This document shows, in pieces, positions 26,691 to 41,961 of a DNA stretch of 64,000 bases (position 1 is its first letter; every line of letters begins with the position of its first letter). This stretch comes from Camelus ferus (lineage: Eukaryota): contig NC_045696.1 in NCBI RefSeq assembly GCF_009834535.1, positions 37,760,001 to 37,824,000 on the forward strand, written 5' to 3'. The position numbers and the translations under genes were made by a program. Under the pieces are notes generated by a model that saw nothing but the letters and a program-made list of their open reading frames with translations, was not told where the DNA came from and ran no database searches.

Positions 26691-29600
26691 ATAAAGCAGT
26701 CATTCTCAACAGTCTATGCTTTTAGTCTAGAGGTGATGGCTCAATATTATCCTAAAAATATTAGAAAAATTTAGCAAAGAATGAAAAAAACTTACCCAGT
26801 GCTATGAAAACTGATGTGTTCTAGAGACGACAACAATATTTCACCCTGTAGGAACTGTGTACTCTGAGTAAAACAAACATTTAACTTAATGAAACAATGT
26901 CAATATTCATGCTGTGGTGAAACCTGAAGATGCTATACTGGCTGAGAGAATGATGGACATGACACATTATTATAATATTCATTTTGATGTTAAATTTTCA
27001 GTTTAAGTCTTTCAATTAGGTCAGAGACAATTTATGCACACCCATGTTTCTCTGTTCTGTCAGTCATTATCTTTCCATTTAAATGTGTAGCATCCAGCAT
27101 TTAATTGAGTTTCTAAAAGGGACTAATTAGTCATGAAATAGGTTTTAGACAGGTTTTCAGGTTTAAGTTCATTTATGCCATATCTACTTGAAAGCAAAAG
27201 ATTATACCTGACTGGAAAATGAACTATGCTAGTATCTCACCAGACTATTACGCAGTAAGAGTCACTCTCTTGAAACAGTAAGGATTCCTTCAAACATATG
27301 TTCATGATTAAAATTAGGTTCTGTTTAGCATGAAAACTGTGAATCACACATTACAGTTCCTTTCTTTATAAAATAAACCAATTCTAATATTTAGGAATAA
27401 GGAATATTTTACTTCAGGGGATTATATTTTTATTAAAGTACATGGTTCTGATATAATTAAGAAGATTTTGGTTGTAGTTTTGGTTTTTTAAATTTTTGTT
27501 TGCTTTTTGTTGTTGTTGTTTTAGGGAGGAGTATCTGCCCTGCTTTTTAAATACAGAGGTATAAGTAAAATTGGTCAATTCCTTCCCATTAGAAGGTCTA
27601 GCTATATTTAACTTGCATGTGTGTTTGTGAAGATGGGAGAGGAGGGGTAGCTTTCTTTGTTGCTTTCCATTAGCTATGGAGAAGAGGTGAATCTCAAGGT
27701 GATGGAATTCCATTAGTTCATTAGTTCAGGGAGCTCAGAAAAAATGTTAATTTTTGAAACTCAGTCTCACCCTCTTTCTCTGCCCACTTATCAGAAAGAA
27801 GAGGAGGGGAATTCTGTTTAAATATTGCAAGTTTTAAATTGAAATTTCTGCTCTGTACTCTTTCTAATCAATCATTCATATCCAAAATGGTAAATTTAGC
27901 AAATAAAAATTTAAAAAGAAAGAAAAGAAAAGGTTAAAAACAACAATATGCTTAACCACCAAAACTGGTTATTGTTACCCTTTTATTAAATGCCTTATCA
28001 CTATTTTCAATGACTCACCTTGGAAAGGTATTTGTTCATTTACAAGGATACTATTATTCTGTTGGTGATATAATTTACTGTAAATATATGCTCTATCCTT
28101 AAAACACTACTGTCAGATGATTTTTATGGCTGCAATAATTACATAAAAGTGATATTAAAACTTTATTGAAAGATTTCTGCCATATTTTTAGATATTTAGC
28201 AAGTTCTTTTAGTCACTACTAAAAAATAAATGATTTTTTAATTTGTTAAATACTATGATTGTGTCAAAGACACACACATATTTGATGATTTTCATATGCA
28301 TTTGCATTTGTATTTAGAAGATATTTTAGTCTCATTTTTCACATCTGATTTAATGCGTTCAATTTGTACAGGGGCATCCACATCATTGGTTGTGTAGTAC
28401 TGAAACTTTTTATAAGAAAATTAATTCCACCTGCCTCCAAATCAACTAACTATACAAGAACTAACTAACTATCCATATTCTCAAGAATTAATGTAAATTG
28501 GATCAATGAGCTCTTATCAAGATCATATTCCTCAGTGTTCCTCTTAGAGTTAGCTCTGAAAGAAAATGGCTAATTAAAATTAATTCATTAGGCAGCTTCT
28601 GGAACAGTTAAAAATGCTGACCAAAGAAGTCATTCCACTGCCTGGGAAATAAATCCACAAATTAGCCCCACATAAATCGACTGTTCAAAAATCTACTGTA
28701 CTAAGCTAGAGTATGGATGTTAAAAATACAAAGTGCAAGATGAAAGAAAAACAGAGTAATTAAAATGTTAGTATTAATATGAAAATTTAATAAGATATCA
28801 AGAACTATATTTTGAAAATTAGAATAATGTGGAACTAAAATATAAAAAGGAGGTAAAATATTTTTTAACAAGAAATTGTAGAGAAAGAAAACTTCTGAAC
28901 TCATTATATGAGGCCACCATCACCCTGATATCAAAGCCAGGCAAAGATATCATAAAAAAGAAAATAACAGGTCAACATCATTGATGAACATAGATACAAA
29001 AATCCTCAACAAAATATTAACAAACTGAATCCATCAATACATTAAAGGTTCTTACACCATGATCAAGTGGGATTTATCCCAGGGATGCATGGATTTTTCA
29101 ATTTCTGTAAATTAATCAGTGTGATACACCACATTAACAAATTGAAGAATAAAAGCAATATGATAATCTCAATAGATGCAGAAAAATCTTTTATCAAAAG
29201 TCAACATCCATTTATGATAAAAATTCTCCAGAAAGTGGGCACAGAGGGAACATACTTTAACATAATAAAGGCCATATATGCCATACCCACAGGTAACAGC
29301 ATACTCAATGGTGAAAAGCTGAAAACATTTCCTTTAAGATCAGGAACAAGAGATAAGGATGCCCACTCTCACCAGTTTTATTCAGCATAGTATTGGAAAC
29401 CCTAGTCACAGCAATCATACAAGAAAAATAAATAAAAGAATACAATTTGTTAAGGAAGAAATAAAAGTGACACTGTTTGCAAATGATATGATACTATAGA
29501 TAGAAAATCCTAAAGACACCATCAGAAATCTACTAGAGCTCATTAATGAACTGGGTAAAGATTCAGGACACATAATTAATATATAGAAAGCTGTTACATT

Positions 29601-30575
29601 TCTATACACTAACAACAAGCTATTAAAAAGAGAAATTAAGGAAACCATGCCATTTACCAGCACATCAAAATGAATAAAATATCAAGAAATGAACCTAAAT
29701 AAGGAGGTAAAATACCTGAACTCTGAAAATTATATGACACTGATTATATACATTGAAGATGATACAAACAGATAAAAGGTATAGCATCTTCTTTTTTTGA
29801 AAGAATGGATATTGCTAAAATGATTATACTACCAAAGGCTGTCTACAGATTCAGTGCAAACCTTTATCAAAATATCAATGGCATTTTTCACAGAACTAGA
29901 ATGAAGAATTTCATAATTTGTACGGAATCACAGAAGACTTTGAATATCCAAGGCAATCTTCAGAAAAGAGAAGAGAGCTGGACAAATCACACTCTCTGTC
30001 TTCAGTCAGTACCACAAACCTACAGTAATCAAAACAGTATGGTACTGGCACAAAAACAGACATATAGATCAATGGAACAGAATAGAGAGCTTAGGAAAAA
30101 AATCCATGCAGCTAAGGTCAATTAATCAAGGACAAAGGAGGCAAGAATATACAATGGAGAAGAGATAGTCTTTTCAAAAAGTGGTGCTGGAAGAACTGGA
30201 GAGCTACGTGTAAAAGAATGAAATTAGAACATTCTCTAATCCCATACACAAAAATAAACTCCAAATGTATTACGAACCTAAACTTAAGACTGGAAATCAT
30301 AGAACTCCTAGAGAAAAACATAGGCAGATCACTCTTTTACATGAATCACAGCAATAGTATTTTTGGATCTGTCTCCTAAAGCAAAGGAAAAATTAAAAAG
30401 AAAAGCAAAAATAAACAAATGGGACCTAATTAAACTTAAAATCTTATGCACAGCAAAGAAACCATTGACAAAATGAAAGGATAACCTACTGAACGGAAGA
30501 AAAATATTTGGAAATGTTATCACTGATAAGGGGTTAATAGCCAACATGTATAAGCAGCTCGTATAATTCAGCATC

Positions 30576-30615
30576 AAAACAAACAAACAAACAAACAAAC
30601 AAACAAACAAACAAA
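30576..30615. repeat. (AAAC)n inside L1
   Basis: Directly visible. Confidence 0.95.
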
Positions 30616-31091
30616 CCAATTAAAAAGTGACAGAAAACCTGAATAGACATTTTTCCAAGGAGGAAATAAAGATGGCCAACAGGCATATGAAAATATGACT
30701 AACATTGCTAATCATCAGAAAAATGCAAATCAAAACCACAATGAGATATCACCTTATCACCTGTCAGAATGGCTATCCTCAAAAAGAACACAAATAACTC
30801 ATGTTGGTGAAGATGTAGAGAAAAGGGTACCCTCTTACACTGTTGGTGGGAATGTAAATTGGTATAGCCACTGTGGGAAACAGTATAGAGGTTTCTCAAA
30901 AAACAAAAAATAAAACTGCCATATGATCCAGCAATTCCACTTCTGTGTATATGTCTGAAAAAAAAAAACCAAATACACTAATTTGAAATGATACATTCAC
31001 CCCAATATTATTTGCAGCATTATTTACAATTCCCAAGGTATGGAAGCCAACTAAGTGTCCATCAACAGATGAATGGATAAAAAAGATATTT

Positions 31092-31094
<3 letters not shown>

Positions 31095-31123
<29 letters not shown>
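31095..31123. repeat. (CA)n inside L1
   Basis: Directly visible. Confidence 0.95.
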
Positions 31124-31127
<4 letters not shown>

Positions 31128-33249
31128 AATATAGAATATTAGTTATAAAAATAATGAAATCTTGCCATTTGCAACAACATGGAGGGACTTGGAGTGTATT
31201 ATGCTAAGGGCAGTAAGTCAAACAGAGAAATACAAATACTGTATGATATCACTTATATGTGGAATCTAAAAAATACAACAAAATGGTGAATATTAAAAAA
31301 AAAAAAAGACACAGATTCACAGGTATAGAGAATAAATTAGCAGTGACCAGTGATATGAGGGAAGGGAGAGACAATATAGTCAAGAGGATTAAGAGGTACA
31401 AACTATTATGTATAAAATAAGCTACAAGGATATATTGTACAACATATGAATATAGTCAATATTTCATGATAACTATAAAGGGAGTATAACTTCCAAAAAT
31501 TGTGAAACACTACACTGTACACCTGTAATTTATATAATATTATACATCAACTATACTTAAACAAAAATGAATTAAAAATAATTCCCCAATACATATATTA
31601 ACTTGCTATATGATGAAAAAAACCATAGTGACATAGTTCATAACCTACATGTGGAATCACTTTCAAAGTCCAAATTCAAATGTAGATACAAGTATATTAT
31701 ATTGATAACTCAAAGTAAAGGTACCTATGCCACTGGTGATGTGAGTTTCTGAAGCTATAAACAACTCTTGGTAAAATTCAAACCCAAGAAACAGAGGCAT
31801 CCCTCAGTTATTACTTAATATGAATGTTGCTTTCTGTAAATTTTACTTAGCCATATTAAAATCTGCAAAATAGAGTTCATTCTAGCTCCAAATGCATCAT
31901 TAATTTCAGTTCCAAGTTCCTGTTGGTGGCAGGAGAATGGGATTGTCCCATGAACAGAAGGTAACTGACCATTGATTAAATGTCTCACCACACGGGTTAC
32001 TGTGGCAAACAATCCCCATTTCTAGTGTTAAAGACTAGTAAAATACTCACTTGATGCTGATAGAGCACTATTAGACAACCACTGGTCCAGAAATAGGTTC
32101 AGATGATTATTTCTACATGTAATCAAATAAATACCTGATAATTTCACTTCTTTTTTACTTTCAAATTTAAAGAAAATGAAGAAAACTTGAGAACGTTGCA
32201 CTATAATTCTTCTACTGTCCTATTTTATTGTGACATATTCTTGAATTTGTTTATATGCCAAACACTAAGAAATTTCAGGCAGAAAATCATAAAAAATATA
32301 ATTATAGCAACAACTAGGTTACTGAAAACTATTAAAAACAAAGGAGATCATGGTTACCATTACTCAGTATGACAGAATTCCTGGCCAAACCACCTATGAA
32401 AGTCTCAAAATGCCACTTATTTATATTCAACATTTTAATGGAAGATTGGTATAACTTAATCTCTTTCACTTTAGGTGAACTAATCAGGTACGTGTAATAT
32501 GAATTAATCATTCTGTTTCACAAAGTACTTTCACATAATAAAAACAATATCTGCTTTTTCATTCAAAATTGATTTACTTATTTATTTTACATATTTTATT
32601 TTTTACTGGGTAGTACTTAAAATAAGTATCTCCTTGACTCTCTTTGCCAGTAGTATGTTTCAAATAACTATTAATTTCTTTAAAATATCAGCTGCAGAAG
32701 ATTATGTTTATTACTTGAGTAGCAGCTTTATAGTTTATAATTCACCAAAACTAAAATACACAGTTCATTAATTCAGCCAACCACAATTTCCTATAAGTTG
32801 GAAATATAACTGGAAAGAAATCACACTTGACTCATCCTAGATTGCTGTTTATAGTCTAGTCAAAAATAGAGAAATAGAAATTAAGATAGTTGAAATAAAT
32901 GTTTTATTCTTTGTCTCAACAAAAGTTAGCACTAAAATCACTTTGGTGCATAAAAGTGATGAGAACAGGTAATGCAACACTGAATATTTTTTGTAAGGTT
33001 TAGAATAAAAACATTATTGGCATAGACAATCAAACATTCTGAGTCTGCTGTATTAATACTCACATGCATTTAAACTAATTAGTAAAGGAATAAATAATAG
33101 ATTGTGATTTTTAAATAGTGTCTGAAGAAGTGAAATCAACCTTTTTGGAAGTATCATAACTAATTAGATGGATGTTTTTGATACTTGTAAATGACCAATC
33201 CCTAATGGTCAATTCAATTTACTTATTCATTCATGAAAATACATTGATT

Positions 33250-33590
33250 TTAAATTATGTTTAATAATTTTACTAGACAGAGTATGATGTTGAAGAATGC
33301 AATATGTGAAATCAAATGGAATTTTTATAATTGAGGATATGCAAGTAATTTTGTAAAGGTACACAGGGGTGGCTATGGAAAGTGGAAAGGAATGAAAGAC
33401 AGGGGTGTAGGTGATCCTGATCATATGGATTCCGTGTATCATTTTTGGAGCTGGAAATTCATACTGAATATGCTAACAGAGAATTAAGAATTTTAATTAA
33501 GAGAATGGCATGATCATATTTTTGTTTTAGAAATATAGCTATCAGCAGCATGAAGGATAGAGAGGATGTAGGAGAATGGACATAGGGAAA
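33250..33590 (+). mobile_element. L2 fragment
   Basis: 'ttttaattaagagaatggcatgatcatatttttgttttagaaatatagct'. Confidence 0.55.
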
Positions 33591-36500
33591 TTTTTTTTTC
33601 CCATGTAGATGCTTTTAGGAAATGGAGACAAAATATTCAATACAAGCAAGAGGAAAAGAAGAAAAGAGGAAACAGTTTGTAATAGAGCCAACACAGAAGA
33701 ATCAAATCTTTGTCCGTGTTAGTTCCAGAAATTATAGCAACTGTTTAACCAGAGTATATTTATAATGGCTATTCATTGGTTTTAATTGCCATGTATATAA
33801 TTAGACTCCATAGATCAACTCTTAACATACTATAAATTATACTGTCATAATTTTGTATTGCTATTTAAGAAAAATAAATAAATCACTCGCTTAACTATTA
33901 TGTATTGCTAAGTTGCAGCTGATTGTATAATGGATTCCAATTTTACAGATAATAAAATGAGAAACAAATTGCATTTTAGGATTGACAAAATACTTTTTTT
34001 TATTTCATAATATGAGTTCAGATCTCCCAAAAAACATTTTGATTTTATAAAGCTCATTTGAAAGAGCACACATATCTGGAATGAATAAAAGACGTTAAAG
34101 GTTTTGGGGGAGATCCATGGAATTTTCAGATACCAAATATGCAGGGCAGGCCTCCCAAAAATAGAAGAGCAGAATGCCTTCTTCTGCTTGCTTCACACTG
34201 TAGAGCAGCAGGCATGGTCCTGCCAGTTATCACTTCTGTTTGTCACAGAATATTAAATCCTTAAGTTCTTCTGTTTTTCAATTAAAATATCTTTGTCCCC
34301 TTATCTTTCCACTAACTTTGATCCATCATTTTCACTTTTGAGGTAATATATGTATGTTTATGGGCCTCCATGTTTTGCACAGAGACCTTCATGTAGTCTT
34401 CTCTCAAAATTGCTTGATTAATTAATTAATTAATTCTGATTCCTAGAGTTTTCCACTAACCAATAAACAGTGAAGCTCACTTAAATTAAGTAAACTTTCA
34501 AATTCAGAAGTTTAAAAATTTTCAGGATAGCTATATAAGTTTAAGAGTCTTAGCCATTTCAAATTCTTTGCAGAATACAGTAAAAGTAAAAAGAGATGAA
34601 AGTAGAATCTCAAATATAAACCTCAAATTTCATTAGCTGCTCTCACCTTATTCTAGTCAGTCCCCTTCAAATGTCCTATTGTAGCAATCAAATAATATGA
34701 CGATTTTCCATAGGATAACATATACTTGGGAGGAAATAATGAAGTAACTTTTGGGGAAGCTAATTATAGTTGACATAAAACGTTCAAACTTTTTATTATA
34801 GTGATCTGGGAAAGTAAGCTACTTACTTACTAAGCTACTTAGTAGCATAAACAAGAAAAATTCCAGGAATTAATATCTATATTATTTCCAAGCATATAAC
34901 TTTCCCAGCTTTAATGCGATAGACATTTACAAAATTAAATCTTTCAGATCAACTATTCAAGGTCTGCAAATCATTCTAATGTACACAATGATACCTTTTA
35001 GGTTTCTTTCTCTGGTTAGCCAATACACTGTTTCCTAGACCACAATTTCCTGCCATTTATCTCAGTATTTACAGTTATGTGTTTAAATTCATGTGTAATT
35101 ATAGGAATTTTGAGAGTGGAAAACATCACTGATTCCACTATCAAAACTGTGAAAAGACCTAGCAGTTTTCATATTAATTTATTTTCATGATATCTCATTT
35201 CAAGCTGGACCCCACAGTATATTTTACTTTTACTCTGAGCAGCAAAATAGACCACTGATGAAAAAGAATTCATCCAATTACTATGAGCAAAGTAGCTTTA
35301 ACTTCCTTTAGATATCCGCTAGCAAGATATAAAATGACACTTCCCGGACACATCAGTAGCACAATAGGGCTCTTATTGATTTTCATATCATGTTCTTCAG
35401 TCTGAGATGGCTCTCCTGAGGACTTCGCTTCCCAGCAGGAAAAAATTGCCTTTTCTACGTTTGAATTCTCAAGTCTATTAATGCATCTCCAGCTGGAGAC
35501 AGTGTCATTTTAGTTCTATTTCTTTGTAGTTGATGTGTCTACACCTTGCTATTGTAGTGCCCTAATGGATCCTAGGGTTGTAGGTCAAAGTATGAAAACA
35601 AAAAATCAAATTGCTTAGCCTGTGAATCAATAAAAAGGACTCTTAACACTTTTTCTAAGTATAAAATGTGCAACCAATGAAGTGTGGTAAGTGCATTCAA
35701 CCTTGTACTAAAACTATAAATAGAATACTTCTAACTCTCAGCATTTATGTACTCAAAATGAAGATAAATGGCTACTATTATTGCTCAATGTATAATATCT
35801 AGATCAAGAAAACCAACTAAAGTGCATTTGTTACATTGAATAAAATGTTGCATTGTAATGTTTTCAAAAGTTACCCCAGAATGATATTGGATGCCCTTCT
35901 ATCGTCATCTGCCCTAAATAATCTAATTTAATTTAAAATCCTGGGAAATAAAAACATCAAGGAGAACTATCCTCATCTTTTAAGTTTATCTCCCTAAGAT
36001 CATCCATTTGACAGTTAAAGTTGTTTTTAGTAATTGCTGTACAATAAAAAATAATTTGCAGTTTGAAATTAATTGAGATAAAGTATACAGAATAAAAATA
36101 GCACTATTAGTTTTTCCAAGTAAGAACAAAACACTTTTATCTGTAGTCTTCAAATTTACTTCTCATAATTGAAGCTTTTACAGATTTTTAACATATTTAT
36201 TATCTAATAATTTATTTCATTATTCAACAATTAATTGCTATATTTTGATTTATTCTGTAACCACTCTATCCCTAGAAAGGACCCACAAATTGCTACCCAT
36301 GGGGAAACTATGCCAAATTTTTCAGGAAAATCTATTTTCAGCCAATTCAAGTTCCACGTAAATTTTTTTTCCTGGAATAGTTATTAAGAGTACAAATTTA
36401 ACAAATTCTGTACCAGTTTTTTTTCCATTTCTAGTCTTTTTTTTTTTTTAACTAAATCTGAACAAGTTGCCTTAGTCAAAATAGGTAAATTTTCACAGTA

Positions 36501-36861
36501 ATGTGGAGTAAACCTCCCTCTGTCACGATTTTTACAATATTTTTTCCATGGCACTTTACAATAATAATCATGTAACTTGTGTTGCTTTTTAGTTACCTGA
36601 ATCTTCATCGGTTCCCATAACAAACTTTCTTAATGGAATGGTAATAAATATTTTGAAGCTGTATATAATTGTTTCAGTGTTTAAAATAAACGTTTAATAT
36701 CAATGCAGGCCACTTAAAACCCATGAAATGTTATAGATTACTTTATAAATTAATGGCCCCAAACAATGACTATTTTGAAAAGTATAAATGTTTTATCAAC
36801 TGCTAATTAATTATTTAATCTTCACAGCTATTTTTATAATAATGTTTAGTTTAAGGGAATG

Positions 36862-37186
36862 CAATACCATATGATCCAGCAATCCCACTCATGGGCATAT
36901 ATCCAGAAGGAACCATAATCCAAAAAGATACATGTACCCTAATATTCACAGCAGTACTATATACAGTAGCCAAGACATGGAAACCACCTAAATGTCCATC
37001 AACAGATGACTGGATAAAGAAGCCTTGGTAGATCGCTATAATGGAATACTACTCAGCCATAAAAAAGAATAAAATAATGCCATGTGGCAACATGGATGGA
37101 CCTGGAGATTGTCATTCTAAGTGGCATAAGCCAGAAAGAGAAAGAAAAATACCATATGATATCACTCATATGGAATCAAAAAAAAA

Positions 37187-37217
<31 letters not shown>

Positions 37218-37533
37218 CTAATGAATTTATCTACAAAACAGACTCACAGATATAGTAAACAAACCTATGGTTACTGGGGGAAAAGGGGCGGGAAAGGATA
37301 AACTGGGAGTTCCAGAATTGCTAATATTAACTACGATATATAAAGTAGATTTAAAAAAAAATTCTTCTGTATAGCACAGGGCACTATATTCAATATCTTG
37401 TAGTAACTTATAATGAAAAAGAATACAAAAATGAATATATGTATGTATATGTAAGTTTGAAACATTACGCTGTACACCAGAAATTGACACGTTATAACTG
37501 ACTATACTTCTATACTTCAATAAATTTAAAAAG
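36862..37533 (+). mobile_element. L1 3' end, younger (probably camelid) subfamily, with internal (A)n(GAA)n
   Basis: 'taccatatgatccagcaatcccactc...atggaatactactcagccataaaaaagaat...aataaa'; repeat at 37177-37216. Confidence 0.93.
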
Positions 37534-38304
37534 GAGTTACAATAATTCACCTATTGCAAGATATGAAAGTTGTGTGATTTTCAGAAGAACAAATAATGCT
37601 GCTATAAAATCAAGAAATCTTTGAGCATATATTCTTTTTAAATCGCAAATTAACAGACTCAAAATTGCGTGGGAAATCCCCACTTTTAGAAGATTTTACT
37701 TTATTTTTTTCTCATTCAAATATTCATAATTTGCCTCTGGCAAACTTTAAGTGAACTTTCAATGGTTCTCAGTAAAAAATGAATACAAAAACCATGCATA
37801 TTAATGTACTTAACGTTCTATTAACAAAGTAATAATAAACCTTAAAATGAATAAAACTGAAACAACAAATTATTATCAGTGGTTTTCTTCAGATGATTGT
37901 AATATAATATGGATTATTTTTAAATATCTTGTACTGAGCATTTTACATTCAATTCAGATATATTATCCTTCAATTTTGCAAAGGCTCTCTTTTAACCAGA
38001 TGATGATTGACAATCTAACTGTAAGATATATGTATCTGTTTTACCAATGTCAAAAATTAAAATTTTCTGCAATTAATAAATGCTATTTCCTCATTTACTT
38101 CAAAAAGTTAAAAAAGGATCACAGAATCATGGATTTTTTTTTCATATCTATAATACATTGCTCAATGTCCAGAGGAAAAGAAAATAGATTAATATTTTTT
38201 AAAAAGTTAGTGAATATCAGGTGATCCAGCTTACATATTTGTATATGAAGCTTATTGGCACTTACAGGGGTGACTGTTGGGAAGTAAGTAAAAATAAAAC
38301 CTCA

Positions 38305-39797
38305 TAGCAGGATACCAGATTAACATAAAACTCAGTTGCATTTCTTTACACTAACAATGAAGTATTGGAAAGAGAAAGTGAAAAAAAAAATCCCTTTTAA
38401 AATTACATCAGAAACATAAAATACTTAGGAATAAATCTGACCTAAGAGGTAAAAGAATTACATGCTGAGAACTGTAAAGCACTGATAAAGGAAACTGAAG
38501 ATGATTCAAAATGGAAAGACATCCCATGCTCTTGAATTGGAAGAATTAATATTGTTAAAATGGCCATTCTACCCAACACAGTGTACAGATTTAATGTACT
38601 CATTATCAAATTACCCAGGAAGTTTTTCACATAACTAGAACAAAAAATCCTAAAATTTATATGAAACCTCAAAAGGCCCAGAGCTGCCAAAGCAATACAG
38701 GATAAAAAGAACAAAGCTAGAGGCATAACCCTCCCAGACTTCAGATAAAACTACAGTGCTACATTAATCAAAACGGTGTAGTATTGGCACAAAAATAGAC
38801 ATACGGATTAGTGAAACAGAATAGAGGTCTCAGAAATTAATCCACACACCTATGGTCAATTAAAACAAAGGAGTCAAGAATATATAATGTAGAAAAGACA
38901 GTCTCTTTGATAAGTGGTGTTGGGAAAGCAGGACAGCTGCATGTAAATCAATGAAGTTAGAACACTCCCTCACACCATACACAAAAATGAACCCAAAATG
39001 GCTTAAAGACTCAAATATAAGACAGCATATCATAAAGCTCCTAGAAAAGAACATAGACAAAATATTCTCTGACATAAATCATAGCAATGTTTTCTTAGGT
39101 CAGGCTCCCAAGGCAAAAGACATAAAAGCAAAAATAAACAAATGGGATGTAATCAAACTTACAAGGTTTTTCACAGCAAAGGCAACCATAAACAAAATGA
39201 AAAGACAACATACATAATTGGGAGTAAAAAAATTGCAAATGATGTAACAAACAAGGGTTTAATTTCCAAAATATACAAAAAGATCACACAGCTAAATATC
39301 AAAACAAACAAACCTAATCAAAAAGTGGGCAGAAGACCTAAATAGACATTTATTCAAAGAAGACATACTGATGGCCAACAAGCACAATAAAAGATGTTCA
39401 GTATTGCTAATTATTAGAGAAATGCAAATAAAAACCACAATGAGGTGCCACTTCATGTAAGTCAGAATGGCCATCAACAAAAATGTCTACAAATAATGAA
39501 AGCTGGAGAGGGTGTAAAGAAAAGGGAACCTTCCTATGTTGTTGGTCAAAATGTAAATTGGTGCAGCCACTATGGAGAACAGTATGGAGGTTCCTAAAAA
39601 AACTAAAAACTGTTACCATATGATCCAGCAATCTCACTCCTAGGTATATATCTGGAGAAAACTCTAATTCAAAAAGATACATGCACCCCAAGTTCACAGG
39701 AGCTCTATTTACAATGGCCAAAACACGGAAGCATCCTAAATGTATATGGACAGATGAATGGATAAAGAAGTTGTGGTATGTATGTATGTATGTATAC

Positions 39798-39856
<59 letters not shown>

Positions 39857-40220
39857 GGAATATTACTCAGTCATAAAAAAGAATGAAATAATGCTATTCG
39901 CAGCAGCATGGATTGCTCTAGATACCACAGTAAGTAAAGTAAGTCAGACAGAGACAGAAAAATATCATTTGATATCACTTACATGTGGAATCTAAAGAAA
40001 TGATGCAAACGAACTCTTCACAAAACAGAAACAGACTTACAGAGATAGAAAATAAACTTATGGTTACCAAAGGGTTTTGAAAGGGGTGGGAGGGATAAAT
40101 GAATTTGGAATTAGGAGATATAAACTACTCTATATTGATAAACAACAAGGTGCTGCAGTATAGCACAGGGAACTATACTCAATAGCCTGCTATAAACTAT
40201 AATGGAAAAGGGAAAAAAAT
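38305..40220 (+). mobile_element. 5'-truncated L1 ORF2 3' half plus partial 3' UTR
   Basis: ORFs 38951-39217 and 39681-39995 translate to L1 ORF2 C-terminal motifs; multiple stops. Confidence 0.95.
39777..39853. repeat. (TATG)n(CA)n microsatellite
   Basis: Directly visible; about 29 CA units with one interruption. Confidence 0.95.
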
Positions 40221-40234
40221 CCACAAAATCTCTT

Positions 40235-40885
40235 CCTAATCCAGAAAACCTCTCCATAAATACAGAGGGAAAATGAAAATTTTCATTGAATAAGCATTAA
40301 ACCAGAATGTCATGCACATTAAAATAGTCTGCTGAAGAGCTTGCAAAGACAGAATGAAATCTCACTCTTTCACATAGTCAAGCAGATGCAACCTGTTACA
40401 TACACGTTCTCATGAAAAATAAGTAGTCCTCAAGTAAGAGAACTTGACAGCACAATCTGTCACACATAGTTCAGCCTTATTGTCCTCTGTGTAGCTAACT
40501 GGCTTTATCCAAAGAAAAATAAACTACTCATGTCTTCATAACAGGAGATAGCTTTGCAACTTGGAGCAAGGTGCCTATGGAATTTCAGCTCTTACTTCCC
40601 ACAGAAACAGGACGATAGAGGTACTATAAGCCTTGATTATTACATTTCAGAAATCTGGTTCTCAGATTCCTGTAAAAGTCATTCCTGGATCATAAGGTTG
40701 GTGAGAGGCTTATAGCTTTCAAAAAAAGATTTACATACATTTCAAACAGACAGAGAATGAACGTACAATTAAAAGTTTTCTGAAGCAAATTCTCATGGAA
40801 AAGGGAGTGGGAAGAGCTTCTCCCTTATTTTCAACAGGGGAATTCCCTTTCTTTCTTTCTTTCTTTCTTCCTGTATTTACTTTTA
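40235..40885 (-). mobile_element. ERV1-class solo LTR (MER34/MER39-like)
   Basis: 'cattgaataagcattaaaccagaatgt' and 'tttacatacatttcaaacagacagagaa...cccttattttcaacagggga'. Confidence 0.55.
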
Positions 40886-41067
40886 CAGAACCATCTATAA
40901 GGGATTTATACACAAGCATTAACTAACGTAAGGTCCCATGACAACAAACAATTTGCAAGTTGTCAGCTCTGTTATTTTTATCTATCCTTTTGCTTCTTAT
41001 ACATTTTATACTGCATGTTACCTTTAGTAATAAATAAAACTGCTAGAATAACTATTATTAAAAAAAA

Positions 41068-41620
41068 GAAGTGTTGGCGATCATGTAGAGAAATTGGAAT
41101 CCTTGTACACCGTTGGTGGGAATGTAAATTAGTGCAGCCACTATGGAAAACAGAATGGAGTATGCTTGAAAATTAAAAATAAAACCATCATATGATATAG
41201 CAATTCCATGTCTGGATATTTATCCAAAAGGACTGAAATCTGGATCTCAAAGAGGTATCTGCATGCCTGTGTTTAGTATATGTTTAGTGCAACATTATTC
41301 ATAATAGCCAAGATAAGGAAAAAATTTAAGTGTCCATAGACAGATGAAGGGACAAAGAAATGTGGTATATACATACATACAATAAAATGTTATTCAGCCT
41401 TAAAAAAACAACGAAATCCTGGCACTTGCAACAACATGAATGAAATTAGGCAATATTATGCTGAGTGAAATAAGCCAGTCTCAGAAGACAGCAACTATGT
41501 GATCCCACTTACATATGTGGAATCTAAAATAGTAAAACTTACAGACACAGAGAATAGAATGTTGTCTGCCATGCACTGAGGGGAAGGGGAAATAGGGAAA
41601 AAGATTAAAACAATACATTT
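41068..41620 (+). mobile_element. L1MA/MB-like 3' fragment
   Basis: 'aagtgttggcgatcatgtagagaaattggaatccttgtacac...ctgagtgaaataagccagtc'. Confidence 0.88.
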
Positions 41621-41961
41621 CAAGATCATTAGCATTTATATGCAACCATTCAAATATGCAACATTTGAGCTTCAATCACACATCGATTTTTATGCTATGT
41701 TTCCTTGTTATTCTGTTCAAATCAACTCGAATCTTAAGTAACCTCACATTTTTATTTGTGATTTGTACAAAGTTTGTAATACTTGGAAATAATGATCAGT
41801 TTTGAATACATATTGCTTAAATATATGTATGCATACATTATTAAATTATATGCACTAATTAAAATCACCTAGTAAACAAGTTGTCGCTATTATCACTAAT
41901 ATTTGAAAAGTCCACCAAAAGTAACTTTATACTCACTTCAATACCATCGATACTATCATTC

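Larger units (their letters stand above)
28885..31570 (+). mobile_element. 5'-truncated L1: ORF2 RT/C-terminal region plus 3' UTR, inactivated
   Basis: ORF 29067-29390 '[11 protein letters not shown]...[10 protein letters not shown]' is L1 RT; 'LFANDMILY' codons near 29473; many stops and frameshifts; complete 3' UTR with A-rich tail. Confidence 0.96.

Noticed and set aside
29067..30913. Reverse-transcriptase-like ORFs as an active gene or novel RT system
   Set aside because: Fragmented L1 ORF2 with many stops and frameshifts, 5'-truncated
12312..35375. Shared word cagta-nnn-caatagggctctta at about 12312 and 35354
   Set aside because: A 14-bp exact match is expected several times by chance in 64 kb, and there is no further similarity
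35486..35499. 14-bp palindrome tctccagctggaga
   Set aside because: A 7-bp-arm palindrome is expected a few times per 64 kb
37847..38224. 125-aa ORF
   Set aside because: I/F/K/N/Y-rich translation of very AT-rich DNA with no splice or domain support
39407..39853. 148-aa ORF, the longest in the track
   Set aside because: Antisense read of L1 plus the (TG)n microsatellite
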